Assembly: GCA_028289095.1 (NCBI GenBank)
Contig: JAQGGY010000020.1
Coordinates: 1-50,460 of the forward strand
Direction of reading: 5' to 3'
Source: Candidatus Saccharimonadota bacterium
GTDB taxonomy: Bacteria; Patescibacteriota; Saccharimonadia; Saccharimonadales; Saccharimonadaceae
Length of the DNA: 50,460 bases
Shown here: positions 1-8,837 of the stretch, in pieces
How positions within the stretch are numbered: position 1 is the first letter of the stretch
Layout of the letters: each line of letters begins with the position of its first letter
The notes under the pieces: model-generated
What the model was told of the DNA's origin: nothing
The model's input: only the letters and a program-made list of their open reading frames with translations
Databases searched by the model: none
Program-made: the position numbers and the translations under genes

Positions 1-136
1 GAACCTCTAGTGTAACTCTCACCACTCATTCGATCGATAGATACTCTCGATATGGTACATCTAGAATTGACCTCCATGAGTAGTATTCATCTCTTATAAG
101 GTGAAAACTTTCACCCATCTGGTGCACCAATAAAGT

Positions 137-162
137 AGTCCCAGCCAGTCTGGGGCTTTTTT
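137..162 (+). terminator. Rho-independent terminator ending an unidentified upstream transcript
   Basis: 8-bp stem AGTCCCAG/CTGGGGCT (one G.U pair), 5-nt loop CCAGT, followed by TTTTTT. No convincing ORF lies in 1-136. Confidence 0.65.
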
Positions 163-357
163 ATTGGTATGAATATTCAACCTCACGACCTCTTCAAAAT
201 AATAAGTTGAGCGTGCTACGATATCCAGTGTCTCGCCGACCGGCACTGGAATCTTGTTTACCACTGTCGGTAATTTGGTGTTAGAGTCTATAATATATAC
301 GCAACACTAAAACATAGTCAGGTAAAAAAACATGCAGCCACATTTCGCACACATCAA

Positions 358-1263
358 ATGGTTCGTAGAAGAAGGGAAGCATCCCGTAGCGGCACTTTCA
401 TCGTCAGAATGGCTGATGGTCGCAATAGGTATTTAGTCGGTACTGGTTTGCTGCTGATAATACATCGGCTACTGATAAAATTCGGCATCACCCGTAAATT
501 AGATAATTCATTAGGCAAGTACGCGAAAGCCATCCCGTATATCGTACGTTATACTACCGGATTATTACTTGTAATTAATGCCGCCAAAGGGTTACTTTTC
601 GCTCCTAATGTCCCGACCGACGTACACGTCATCGCGCCTGTGCTTTCTATGATTTTGGCCACTGCGGGCGTCATGTTGATTATTGGTTTTAAAATACGCT
701 GGGCTGCAACAGTAATGCTATTGGCATATTTTATATCGCTGGTATTCGTACGTCCGCTACTGGATGTGCTTGATCTTGTCGAGTATGTAGGCATCGGTCT
801 GTATCTATTGCTGTATGGTAAGAACTATTTGAATACACTTACTTGGCATGAAAGACTTCAGCCACTTCTTAATCCCGAATCATTGCTGCGTATATTTGTT
901 GGTATTGGCCTGATGACATTGGCGATGAGCGAAAAGTTGCTGGGCGTAGGCCTGAGCGCTGACTTTCTGCAGCAACACAACTGGAATATGCTGCAAGGAA
1001 TAGGTGTAAGCGACAGACTGTTCATTATTGTAGCGGGCATTACCGAGTTTGTTGTGGGACTGACGCTTGTGCTGAATATCGCGCCACGTCTAACGACCGC
1101 TATAGTGGCGGCTTTGATGACACTGACAGCAATCTTGCTTGGTGTCGAAGATATTTTCGGCCATTTGTTTGCGCTAAGCCTAGTGGCTGTTGTGTGGTTG
1201 CGGAATGAATTGCCTGATAGCTCGATTGGTAAACGTTCGTCAAAGAGTAAATCAGTAAAATAA
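358..1263 (+). CDS. Multi-pass membrane protein, function unknown
   Basis: 301-aa ORF with about 8 hydrophobic segments and a basic N-terminus. I recognise no motif. The start is uncertain (an alternative ATG is at 409). Confidence 0.5.
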   Translation: MVRRRREASRSGTFIVRMADGRNRYLVGTGLLLIIHRLLIKFGITRKLDNSLGKYAKAIPYIVRYTTGLLLVINAAKGLLFAPNVPTDVHVIAPVLSMILATAGVMLIIGFKIRWAATVMLLAYFISLVFVRPLLDVLDLVEYVGIGLYLLLYGKNYLNTLTWHERLQPLLNPESLLRIFVGIGLMTLAMSEKLLGVGLSADFLQQHNWNMLQGIGVSDRLFIIVAGITEFVVGLTLVLNIAPRLTTAIVAALMTLTAILLGVEDIFGHLFALSLVAVVWLRNELPDSSIGKRSSKSKSVK

Positions 1264-1380
1264 AAAAAACAGGTCAATGTATACGTTCACGTGTGACGGG
1301 TTACGTCAATTGACTTGAAGTTTTCAGTGATGCGCTGTTCGTCTGTGCTATTTATGAATGTAACTGAAGTACGCGTTTAG

Positions 1381-1418
1381 CATAATTAGCTTATACTAAA
1401 CAGTGTAAGCTAATTATG
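1381..1418. repeat. Perfect 13-bp inverted repeat (possible operator or hairpin)
   Basis: CATAATTAGCTTA (1381-1393), 12-nt spacer, TAAGCTAATTATG (1406-1418). It lies about 70 nt upstream of the ATG at 1491 and has no T-tract. Confidence 0.5.
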
Positions 1419-1490
1419 TATCTGGAAGCTATATGGTCGGTGAATATATATTGAGACAGGCAGGAATTAATCACAAAAAAAGGGGTAATC

Positions 1491-1982
1491 ATGCAGATAC
1501 AATCAACCAGTTCACCTGAAGCTATGGACGATATTAATAATTTTCTACAGTCGCATCATAGCGGCACGCTGGCTACGGCTGACGCTGCGGCAAATCCCCA
1601 TGCAGCAGTCATTTACGTGACGTTCAATGAAGATTACACCTTTTCATTCATTACGAAAAGCGAGACGCAAAAGTATAAAAACATCGAAGAAAATAAAAAC
1701 GTCGCACTCGCCATCTATGACGAACAAGAGCAAGCATCTGTTCAGGTGGTAGGTTATGTTGAGGTGATTGATGATAAAGACGGGATGCAAACGGTCATGA
1801 ACAAATCATATAAATATTCGGCAGAGGTTAGTGGCCGGGAACTTCCACCCCTAGAGAAGTTATTTGCAGGTGAGTACGTTGCGTTGCGGCTGGTTCCGCA
1901 GGCTATCAAAATGGCCGTTTTTGCCAGACCAGAATCTGGGGCTGATGAACTGTTCGAAACCGTACTTCTTAGCAAGGACTAA
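1491..1982 (+). CDS. Pyridoxamine 5'-phosphate oxidase-family FMN-binding protein (general stress protein 26-like)
   Basis: 163 aa. The N-terminal block HHSGTLATAD..NPHAAVIYV and overall size are typical of the PNPOx-like split-barrel family. GGGG RBS upstream. Confidence 0.6.
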   Translation: MQIQSTSSPEAMDDINNFLQSHHSGTLATADAAANPHAAVIYVTFNEDYTFSFITKSETQKYKNIEENKNVALAIYDEQEQASVQVVGYVEVIDDKDGMQTVMNKSYKYSAEVSGRELPPLEKLFAGEYVALRLVPQAIKMAVFARPESGADELFETVLLSKD

Positions 1983-2116
1983 GGTAGTATATCGAGTCCG
2001 TACTCACTTCAAGGATATTCTAATGAGTATATATACGAACATGGACACGGAATAGGCGAAAATCTTGCTACGGCTAAATAAGGCTGTTACACAAAAATAT
2101 AAATGGAGGTAAACAA

Positions 2117-2503
2117 GTGATGATGAGTGTGGTTGCGGAACGAATCTATGCTAAAACAAACGATCTGATTAAAGACAAAGAAGCGGTACATAATCAGATC
2201 AATAGATTAAAGCAAGCAATTGATAGTGTCAAAAAACACATTCATCATACCGAACTGGAAATTGTCATCGAAGGGGCGTCGGCGCATTTGGTTGGCCTGC
2301 CCGATATAAGGTTAGCGAATGAAATGCGAGAACTAAATAAAGAGAAAAGTAATTTACGTAACGATGAAAAAGTACTAAATGAGCTAACGGTGAAATACGA
2401 TGAATTTACGAAAATGATTGATAACCATCGCTTCTGGATGCATCGGGCTGATACGACCGACCCCGCTCGGCAGCGAGAGGCTGAGCAAAAGATTTTCGGA
2501 TAA
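2117..2503 (+). CDS. Hypothetical coiled-coil protein
   Basis: 128-aa ORF. GGAGG lies 6-9 nt upstream of GTG 2117 / ATG 2120. Heptad-like charged sequence with no recognisable domain. Confidence 0.45.
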   Translation: MMMSVVAERIYAKTNDLIKDKEAVHNQINRLKQAIDSVKKHIHHTELEIVIEGASAHLVGLPDIRLANEMRELNKEKSNLRNDEKVLNELTVKYDEFTKMIDNHRFWMHRADTTDPARQREAEQKIFG

Positions 2504-2585
2504 AACGGTTACTTTCGTTTTTGGTGAACCTGTGACAGATAGGGTCCAATATCTATTTTCGCGGATATAATATTACATTGACTGG

Positions 2586-2600
2586 TACCCCCTGGGGGTA
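2586..2600. promoter_or_regulatory. CsoR-type operator (TACCCCC-T-GGGGGTA) inside the csoR promoter
   Basis: Perfect 15-bp palindrome with an interrupted G/C tract flanked by TA, as in known CsoR operators. It fills the 17-bp spacer between TTGACT (2578-2583) and TATGGT (2601-2606). Confidence 0.65.
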
Positions 2601-2612
2601 TATGGTAAATGT

Positions 2613-2897
2613 ATGATAAGCGATATAAAACAACGAGCGTTACATCGCGCCAAGATACTTGAGGGGCAGATGCGTGGCGTTCAAAAGATGATTGAAAATG
2701 AAGATTACTGCATGGACATCCTGACGCAGAGTCTGGCTATTCAAAAATCAATTGGATCACTTAATAAACTAATACTCGAAAATCATGTACGAACTCATAT
2801 CAAAGCAAATCTAGCGTCAGAATCAGAGGCTGTTCAGGAGCAAGCCATCGAAGAGCTGCTAGGTTTGTATGAATTATCCAACGTAAGAAGTAAATAA
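2613..2897 (+). CDS. csoR: CsoR/RcnR-family metal-sensing transcriptional repressor (DUF156)
   Basis: 94 aa with family blocks RAKILEGQMRGVQKMIENEDYCMDILTQ and LENHVRTH. It is the first gene of an operon with DUF305 and a Cu P-type ATPase. Confidence 0.85.
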   Translation: MISDIKQRALHRAKILEGQMRGVQKMIENEDYCMDILTQSLAIQKSIGSLNKLILENHVRTHIKANLASESEAVQEQAIEELLGLYELSNVRSK

Positions 2898-2908
2898 GGA
2901 GTAACGAG

Positions 2909-3346
2909 ATGAATAAAGACAGTATATTGATGGGAATAATAGGACTACTAATCGGCGTCGTTATTACCGGGTTTACAGCAGGGCAAGCCGTGAATAATAA
3001 CAACGTAGGCATGATGCAGATGATGGGAATGAACTCAAATAGTATGCAACAGCCTGGTGCTGTGGGCCATGACTCTATGTCGATGGCGGGCATGACGGGG
3101 CAGCTAAAAAATAAAACTGGCGATGATTTTGACAAGGCATTCATTGAAATGATGATCAGTCATCACGAGGGCGCTGTCGATATGGCAAAGCTGACCGCAA
3201 CGAATGCGAAACACGATGAAATTAAGCAACTAGGCGTTGATGTAATAACGGCACAAAATAAAGAGATTGCTGATATGAAGCGTTGGCAGCAAGAATGGGA
3301 TTATGCATCTGACGAATCAATGCAGATGATGCACGGCGGCCACTAA
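2909..3346 (+). CDS. DUF305 family protein with N-terminal TM helix and Met-rich segment (copper resistance-associated)
   Basis: DDFDKAFIEMMISHHEGAVDMAK and EIKQLGVDVITAQNKEIADMKRW are the two DUF305 repeats. Met/His-rich stretch MMQMMGMNSNSM...HDSMSMAGM. AAGGAG RBS. Confidence 0.8.
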   Translation: MNKDSILMGIIGLLIGVVITGFTAGQAVNNNNVGMMQMMGMNSNSMQQPGAVGHDSMSMAGMTGQLKNKTGDDFDKAFIEMMISHHEGAVDMAKLTATNAKHDEIKQLGVDVITAQNKEIADMKRWQQEWDYASDESMQMMHGGH

Positions 3347-3347
3347 T

Positions 3348-5360
3348 ATGGATCACTCGCATCATGCCGAACATGAGCAGCACGATCACGACAAGCACGC
3401 CGGCCATTCTGTGGCAATGTTCAAAGATAAGTTCTGGTTATCCCTACTACTGACGGTACCCGTACTTGCGTATTCTGAAATGATCCAACACTGGTTTAAC
3501 TTTGCGCCCCCGAGTTTTGTCGGTTCAGTATATGTACCATTTATTGTTAGTACCATCATTTTCTTTTACGGCGGTTTGGTATTTATAAAGGGCGCACTAG
3601 GCGAAATAAAAGCAAAGCTGCCAGGTATGATGACACTCATAAGTTTGGCAATTATCACCGCCTACGTCTATAGCGTCGCGACCCAGTTTTTCATAGAGGG
3701 TGATGGTTTCTTTTGGGAATTAGCAACTTTAGTAACCATTATGTTACTAGGTCATTGGCTTGAAATGGCGTCAGTGGCTAAAGCTGAGAATGCACTTGAT
3801 GCTATCTCAAAGCTACTACCCGACAAAGCCGAAAAGCTTGTAAATGGCAAGCCGACACAGGTGTTAGTGAGTGATCTGAGTGTTGGCGACCTGGTTCTAG
3901 TACGACCTGGTGCAAGTATACCCGTTGATGGTGTAGTTGTAGGCGGTAGCTCATCGGTCGATGAAGCCGCTATCACTGGCGAGAGTAAACCCGTGAATAA
4001 AGGCGTTGATGATGAAGTTGTTGCTGGTACGGGTAACCAAGACGGCTCATTGACCGTCAAGGTTACAAAGCTTGGTCAAGATACGGCACTTGCCGGGATT
4101 ATGCGGCTTGTCGCCGAAGCTCAAAGTTCGAAATCTAATGTGCAGATGCTTGCGGATCAAGCGGCGTATTATCTGACACTCGTCGCAATTGTTGCCGCTA
4201 TCGCTACATTTATTTTTTGGCTGATTGCTAAAGATGCCGGATTTGCTTTAGAGCGGTCTGTCGCTGTTTTAATTATTGCTTGCCCGCACGCATTAGGGCT
4301 TGCGATACCCTTGGTCGTATCGATATCTACTACGCTATCGGCGAAGAATGGCTTGCTGGTCCGTAAACGACTTGCTCTTGAAGCCGCGCGTAAGTTGGAT
4401 TGGGTGCTATTTGATAAGACAGGAACTCTGACAAAAGGAGAGCACGGGGTTACTGATATTTGGGCTACAAAAGGCTACACAAAGGATGGTATTTTACAGT
4501 TGGCGGCTAGCCTTGAGCAAAATAGTGAGCATATCGTCGGTAAGGGCATAGTAAAGAAAGCTGAGGAGCAACATGTTCTGTTCGACAAACTAGCTAATTT
4601 CAAAGCGTTGCCAGGTTTGGGCGTGCAAGGTACATTACATCATGGTAAAGAAGTGTATATTGCAGCCAGCTACCGTTATATTGAGGAGAACAAACTGACC
4701 GTCCCTGCGGATATTGCCAAAGTGGTCAAGCAGGCTGCTAAAGAAGGCAAGACTGAAGTGTATTTAATCACGAACAATAATGTTATCGGCGCATTGGGTC
4801 TGGCGGACATGGTCCGCGAGCAGTCAAAGCGGGCGATAGCTTCATTAAAGAAAATGGGTATTAAAACGGCGATGATAACTGGCGACTCGGACGAGGTTGC
4901 GGCATATGTATCGAAACAGCTTGGATTAGACCAGTATTTTGCTGAAGTCAAACCTGAAGATAAGGCGGCAAAAGTTAAAGAGTTGCAGAAAAATGGACAA
5001 AAAGTTGCTATGGTTGGCGACGGTATAAACGATGCCCCTGCACTTACGCAAGCTGACATCGGCATAGCCATCGGCGCTGGTACGGATGTTGCTATCAAGT
5101 CGGCAGACATAATCTTGGTGAGAAGCGACCCACAAGATGTCATAAAGGTGATTAACCTTTCAAAACGGACCTATAGCAAGATGGCTCAGAACCTGCTTTG
5201 GGCGACTGGCTATAACTTATTCGCTATTCCTTTGGCTGCTGGCGTTCTATATAGTGCGGGCATAGTATTAGCTCCTGCACTCGGTGCTGTTCTGATGTCC
5301 GTATCTACGGTAGTTGTTGCACTAAATGCTCAACTTCTGCGAAGAGCAAAGTTAACTTAA
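3348..5360 (+). CDS. copB: P1B-type heavy-metal (copper) translocating ATPase, CopB-like with His-rich N-terminus
   Basis: 670 aa. His-rich MDHSHHAEHEQHDHDKHAGH, CPH in TM6 (IIACPHALGLAIP), DKTGTLT phosphorylation site, TGES, MVGDGINDAPAL hinge. The start is 1 nt after the DUF305 stop. Confidence 0.92.
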   Translation: MDHSHHAEHEQHDHDKHAGHSVAMFKDKFWLSLLLTVPVLAYSEMIQHWFNFAPPSFVGSVYVPFIVSTIIFFYGGLVFIKGALGEIKAKLPGMMTLISLAIITAYVYSVATQFFIEGDGFFWELATLVTIMLLGHWLEMASVAKAENALDAISKLLPDKAEKLVNGKPTQVLVSDLSVGDLVLVRPGASIPVDGVVVGGSSSVDEAAITGESKPVNKGVDDEVVAGTGNQDGSLTVKVTKLGQDTALAGIMRLVAEAQSSKSNVQMLADQAAYYLTLVAIVAAIATFIFWLIAKDAGFALERSVAVLIIACPHALGLAIPLVVSISTTLSAKNGLLVRKRLALEAARKLDWVLFDKTGTLTKGEHGVTDIWATKGYTKDGILQLAASLEQNSEHIVGKGIVKKAEEQHVLFDKLANFKALPGLGVQGTLHHGKEVYIAASYRYIEENKLTVPADIAKVVKQAAKEGKTEVYLITNNNVIGALGLADMVREQSKRAIASLKKMGIKTAMITGDSDEVAAYVSKQLGLDQYFAEVKPEDKAAKVKELQKNGQKVAMVGDGINDAPALTQADIGIAIGAGTDVAIKSADIILVRSDPQDVIKVINLSKRTYSKMAQNLLWATGYNLFAIPLAAGVLYSAGIVLAPALGAVLMSVSTVVVALNAQLLRRAKLT

Positions 5361-5362
5361 TT

Positions 5363-5544
5363 CAAGAGGGGTATTTTATCCAAGAATTATCAGAATTACT
5401 AAATATAAAAGGTAAAGCAGCCATTGTAATTGGTGGCGCTAAGGGTATCGAGTAGGAATAGTCGCTCTGTTCCTTGCACGTGATATATCTAACTATATGA
5501 CGGGTAGTCAAATCGTTGTTGATGGCAGTGCATTACTGAGGTGA
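5363..5544 (+). pseudogene. Remnant of a short-chain dehydrogenase/reductase (SDR): N- and C-terminal scraps only
   Basis: One frame reads ..LNIKGKAAIVIGGAKGIE*, the Rossmann GxxxGxG start of an SDR. After two stops and a frame change it reads VALFLARDISNYMTGSQIVVDGSALLR* (5461-5544), the canonical SDR C-terminus. About 200 central codons are missing and there is no start codon. Confidence 0.65.
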
Positions 5545-5743
5545 TAATTACGTTAACAACATATGAATATGAGTGTTTTACGCCTAATCACTTCAGTAGA
5601 CTCCCTTCATGTAAATCGCTTTAACTTCGTAGCCTATGGCGCACCATTTCTATGCAATAAGACAATACACCTAATTGAGATAAGATTTATTTGCTAGAAT
5701 AGAAATGAAGTGAAACAAATTCTTATTAAGGGGAAAACATTAT

Positions 5744-6169
5744 ATGGCAACTATCAATCCATACGTTAATTTCAACGGGAATGCTGAAGAAGCCTTCAAT
5801 TTCTACAAATCTGTATTTGGTGGCGAGTTCACAATGATTGTACGCTTCAAAGATCTAGAAAGCTCTGAGTTCCCTGTACCAGAAAATGAAGCAGATAAAA
5901 TCATGCGTATTGTTTTGCCAATCGGTGGAAGTACTTTGATTGCCAACGATGTTCCAGAAAGTTTAGGCCCAGTAAGTGAGAATGAAAATAGATCTAAGAT
6001 ATCGGTCAACGTGGAAAGTCGTGAAGAAGCCGACAAAATATTTAACGGCCTTACGGTAGGTGGAACTATCGAAATGCCGCTTGGCGATAGCCCGTGGGGT
6101 ACGTATTTTGGGATGTTTAGGGATAAATATGGTATTGAGTGGACAGTGGAATTCAACCCAGGTGTCTGA
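5744..6169 (+). CDS. VOC-superfamily protein, PhnB-like (3-demethylubiquinone-9 3-methyltransferase domain type)
   Basis: 141 aa. INPYVNFNGNAEEAFNFYKSVFGGEF and WGTYFGMFRDKYGIEWTV are hallmark blocks of this family. GGGGAA RBS. Confidence 0.8.
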   Translation: MATINPYVNFNGNAEEAFNFYKSVFGGEFTMIVRFKDLESSEFPVPENEADKIMRIVLPIGGSTLIANDVPESLGPVSENENRSKISVNVESREEADKIFNGLTVGGTIEMPLGDSPWGTYFGMFRDKYGIEWTVEFNPGV

Positions 6170-6246
6170 CATAGCGCCTAGGAGTAATGGGCATGCTTTG
6201 ATTACGAAGACTAATCATAAGTGCAATAAATATTGAAGGAGCTAAC

Positions 6247-6669
6247 ATGAACAAACAAATTTTCGTCAATCTACCTGTCAGTGATATGAATGAATCTACT
6301 AAATTCTACCAAGAACTCGGATTCACTATGAATCCCGCATTTTCGAACGAAAGTGGTAGTTGTATGGTTTGGTCAGATGAAATTGCAGTAATGCTCCTAG
6401 CGCATGACTTTTATAAGTCCTTCTTTATTAATAAGGAAATTGCGGATACTAAACGTACAAGTGGTGTGCTGCTATGTTTGTCTATGGAATCAAAAGAAGC
6501 GGTCCAACATTTTGCGGACACGGCTAAGAAAAACGGTGGCGACTTCTACCAAGTGGAGAGTGGCGCTCCAGCTGATATGATGTTCGGCTTAGAAGTACAG
6601 GATATTGATGGGCACACATGGGAGCCTATGTGGATGAGTCCAGAATTTAATCCACAATCTGAAGCATAG
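6247..6669 (+). CDS. VOC/glyoxalase-family protein
   Basis: 140 aa. KQIFVNLPVSDMNESTKFYQELGF...NPAFSNE..CMVWSDEI.VMLL and DIDGHTWEPMWMSPE match a conserved glyoxalase-like family. AAGGAG RBS. Confidence 0.75.
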   Translation: MNKQIFVNLPVSDMNESTKFYQELGFTMNPAFSNESGSCMVWSDEIAVMLLAHDFYKSFFINKEIADTKRTSGVLLCLSMESKEAVQHFADTAKKNGGDFYQVESGAPADMMFGLEVQDIDGHTWEPMWMSPEFNPQSEA

Positions 6670-6853
6670 GTTTTAGTACACTTATATCTTAGTCTGCATC
6701 AATTTATGTATGACAAAGGAACATCACCTTTAGTAGTATGTTAACTGAAAGTAGGGAAATAATTATGCAGGACACGAATGCACCCGTGCTAGCAGGCTTC
6801 TTTGGCGCCCAGTAGTGATGCCAGTAATAGGGATATTCTGTTATGATAGATAG

Positions 6854-7327
6854 ATGCTTATAAATAAATTAGTTCACCAACAAATTAACCCCAAAATATA
6901 CACGTATATCTGTGTAGCCGTCCTAATCATGTTGAGTTTATTGCATCTATTCATGCTGTATGTAGCATTTCCACATCTGGCAGGCTTCATGAATTTATAT
7001 CTGCCTAGCCGTTCTGGCGGCTACGACCTTCCTGTGAGCGCTGATAAGTTTGCGGTAATTAATGGTGTCATTCTAGCGGTGGCTGTTGTGGTCGCTGTGC
7101 TAGTAAGGGGGATGGTTCGCCGTCAGAAGTATGTCGTTGCGACCGCGATTACTTTTCTGTTATTGTTTCCCGCTATCGTCTACGTTACGTTGTATGTTGG
7201 CAGTGCTTTTAATGCAGTATGGGGTAGTCTTGGTGCGACTCTTGGAGTAGTAGGCACGATTGTAATTGGTATGGTATTAGAACTACCACTTCTGATGTGG
7301 ATGAATCAGAACCTAAAAAAGAAGTAA
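6854..7327 (+). CDS. Small integral membrane protein, unknown function
   Basis: 157 aa with four hydrophobic helices and no recognisable motif. Confidence 0.45.
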   Translation: MLINKLVHQQINPKIYTYICVAVLIMLSLLHLFMLYVAFPHLAGFMNLYLPSRSGGYDLPVSADKFAVINGVILAVAVVVAVLVRGMVRRQKYVVATAITFLLLFPAIVYVTLYVGSAFNAVWGSLGATLGVVGTIVIGMVLELPLLMWMNQNLKKK

Positions 7328-7440
7328 TCTGCCTTGCAGGAGGGGTATCCATTCGAACGCACGATTTATCCATTGTGTTTATGCTTGCAAAATACGCATC
7401 TTAGTATATGATTGACTGAATAGAATAAAGGAATGTAAGC

Positions 7441-8295
7441 ATGACCGGTCAGTACACAACCGTAGATTTAATGGATACTAAAGCCGTCCTCAGCATTGCG
7501 ATTCAAGAAAATAGCGAGTTCAGTAGTGAAAGCCTGCTGTCAAAAACAAATATATGCATCGAGCCGCTTATGACTCTTTTAGAGCGGAGTACGATTCTGT
7601 TGTCGGTAGGACAAGATTCTGAATTGGGCAAAGGGCTTGCGGCTATGCAAGAAGATGTCGGACGTCAGGTGATTACAATAGACGGCATGCCAAGTGAGCG
7701 ACACCTATCGCTCGGTGTGGCGCTGGCAGAAGAAATTATTACACTACGTGGTACGCAAGTTGCAATGGTCCATGCAGAAATAAATGGCAAAGCTGAAAGG
7801 CGACTAGTAGAGCCGCGATCATTCCCAAGGTACAAAATACATTATCAAGAACTGCTATATAGTTGTGGGCCAACGACGTTATTAAATGGTATGCGTTTAC
7901 TGCGAGGTGATTACTCAGAAACAGAGGTAGGGTTGGCTGAACTTTGTGGTGCACAGCCAGATATCGGCATTACCGACGAGGATATAGTAGCGCTTACAGG
8001 CCATGAACGAGTAGGTTTAGAGGTGTTGGAAACGAAGTATGATGCAGAACTTACGGACATAAAGCGTTGTGTCGATGAAGCAAAAAGTAAGGGCGAGAAT
8101 CCGTACGTGATTATTAACTACTTTCATGCATTTGCAGGCGAGGGTCATTATGCGGCTGTGGTGGATTATGACGATAAAGCAGTCTATATAATGGACTGCT
8201 CGCTTGGTTATCTGCGTTTACGCAAAGAGTACTTTAAGGCTCACTGGCATAGTACTGATAAGTCGACACGGGGCTGGTACGCGGCTGTACGGTAA
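7441..8295 (+). CDS. Papain-fold C39-like cysteine peptidase domain protein with unknown N-terminal domain
   Basis: The C-terminal half has a candidate catalytic Cys in LLYSCGPTTLLNG and a candidate His in AGEGHYAAVVDYDD, as in Peptidase_C39_2-type proteins. No signal peptide. The N-terminal ~130 aa are unassigned. Confidence 0.5.
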   Translation: MTGQYTTVDLMDTKAVLSIAIQENSEFSSESLLSKTNICIEPLMTLLERSTILLSVGQDSELGKGLAAMQEDVGRQVITIDGMPSERHLSLGVALAEEIITLRGTQVAMVHAEINGKAERRLVEPRSFPRYKIHYQELLYSCGPTTLLNGMRLLRGDYSETEVGLAELCGAQPDIGITDEDIVALTGHERVGLEVLETKYDAELTDIKRCVDEAKSKGENPYVIINYFHAFAGEGHYAAVVDYDDKAVYIMDCSLGYLRLRKEYFKAHWHSTDKSTRGWYAAVR

Positions 8296-8377
8296 AGTTT
8301 GCGTTTGTGACGTGATTATTGCTGAGACCGTATCTATTTAATGATGATAGGGGCACACTTCTAATAGAAATACATTA

Positions 8378-8821
8378 ATGGAAAGCAAAGAGTTGACTAT
8401 GTCAGATACAAACGATTTACCAGAGCTAGTTAAAATGGACCTGCAGCTAGTCCCCGTCCCAGTATCTAATGTTGACCGTGCTATAGAATTTTATGACAAA
8501 ATATTTGAAGATAAGCATGATACTCGAATATCTGATGCAATGCGTGTCGTTCAATTTACTCCAAAAGGTTCGGGATGTGCAATTGTTTTTGGGACGGGAA
8601 TGGGCGAACTCACGGATATGGTGCCTGGATCAGTCAAAGGATTGCACTTGGTTGTTGAGGATATGGATAAAGCAAGGCAATCCCTAATAGCCCGTGGGGT
8701 TGATGTAGGTGAAGTGCAAGACATGGGTGGCGTACTTTATGCTTGGTTTAGTGATCCAGATGGCAACACTTGGGCGTTACAATATTGGTCCGACCACGTT
8801 GTCAGTCCTGTATCTAACTAG
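8378..8821 (+). CDS. VOC/glyoxalase-bleomycin resistance family protein
   Basis: 147 aa. LQLVPVPVSNVDRAIEFY... and WFSDPDGNTWALQ are typical VOC beta-alpha-beta-beta-beta modules. The start may be the Met at 8399. Confidence 0.75.
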   Translation: MESKELTMSDTNDLPELVKMDLQLVPVPVSNVDRAIEFYDKIFEDKHDTRISDAMRVVQFTPKGSGCAIVFGTGMGELTDMVPGSVKGLHLVVEDMDKARQSLIARGVDVGEVQDMGGVLYAWFSDPDGNTWALQYWSDHVVSPVSN

Positions 8822-8837
8822 TTTTATTTATGAACGC

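Noticed and set aside
6766-6816. 16-codon ORF (MQDTNAPVLAGFFGAQ*) with a weak SD between the VOC gene and the membrane gene
   Set aside because: It is too short and has no supporting promoter, terminator or recognisable motif. It may be a gene remnant, but nothing supports that.
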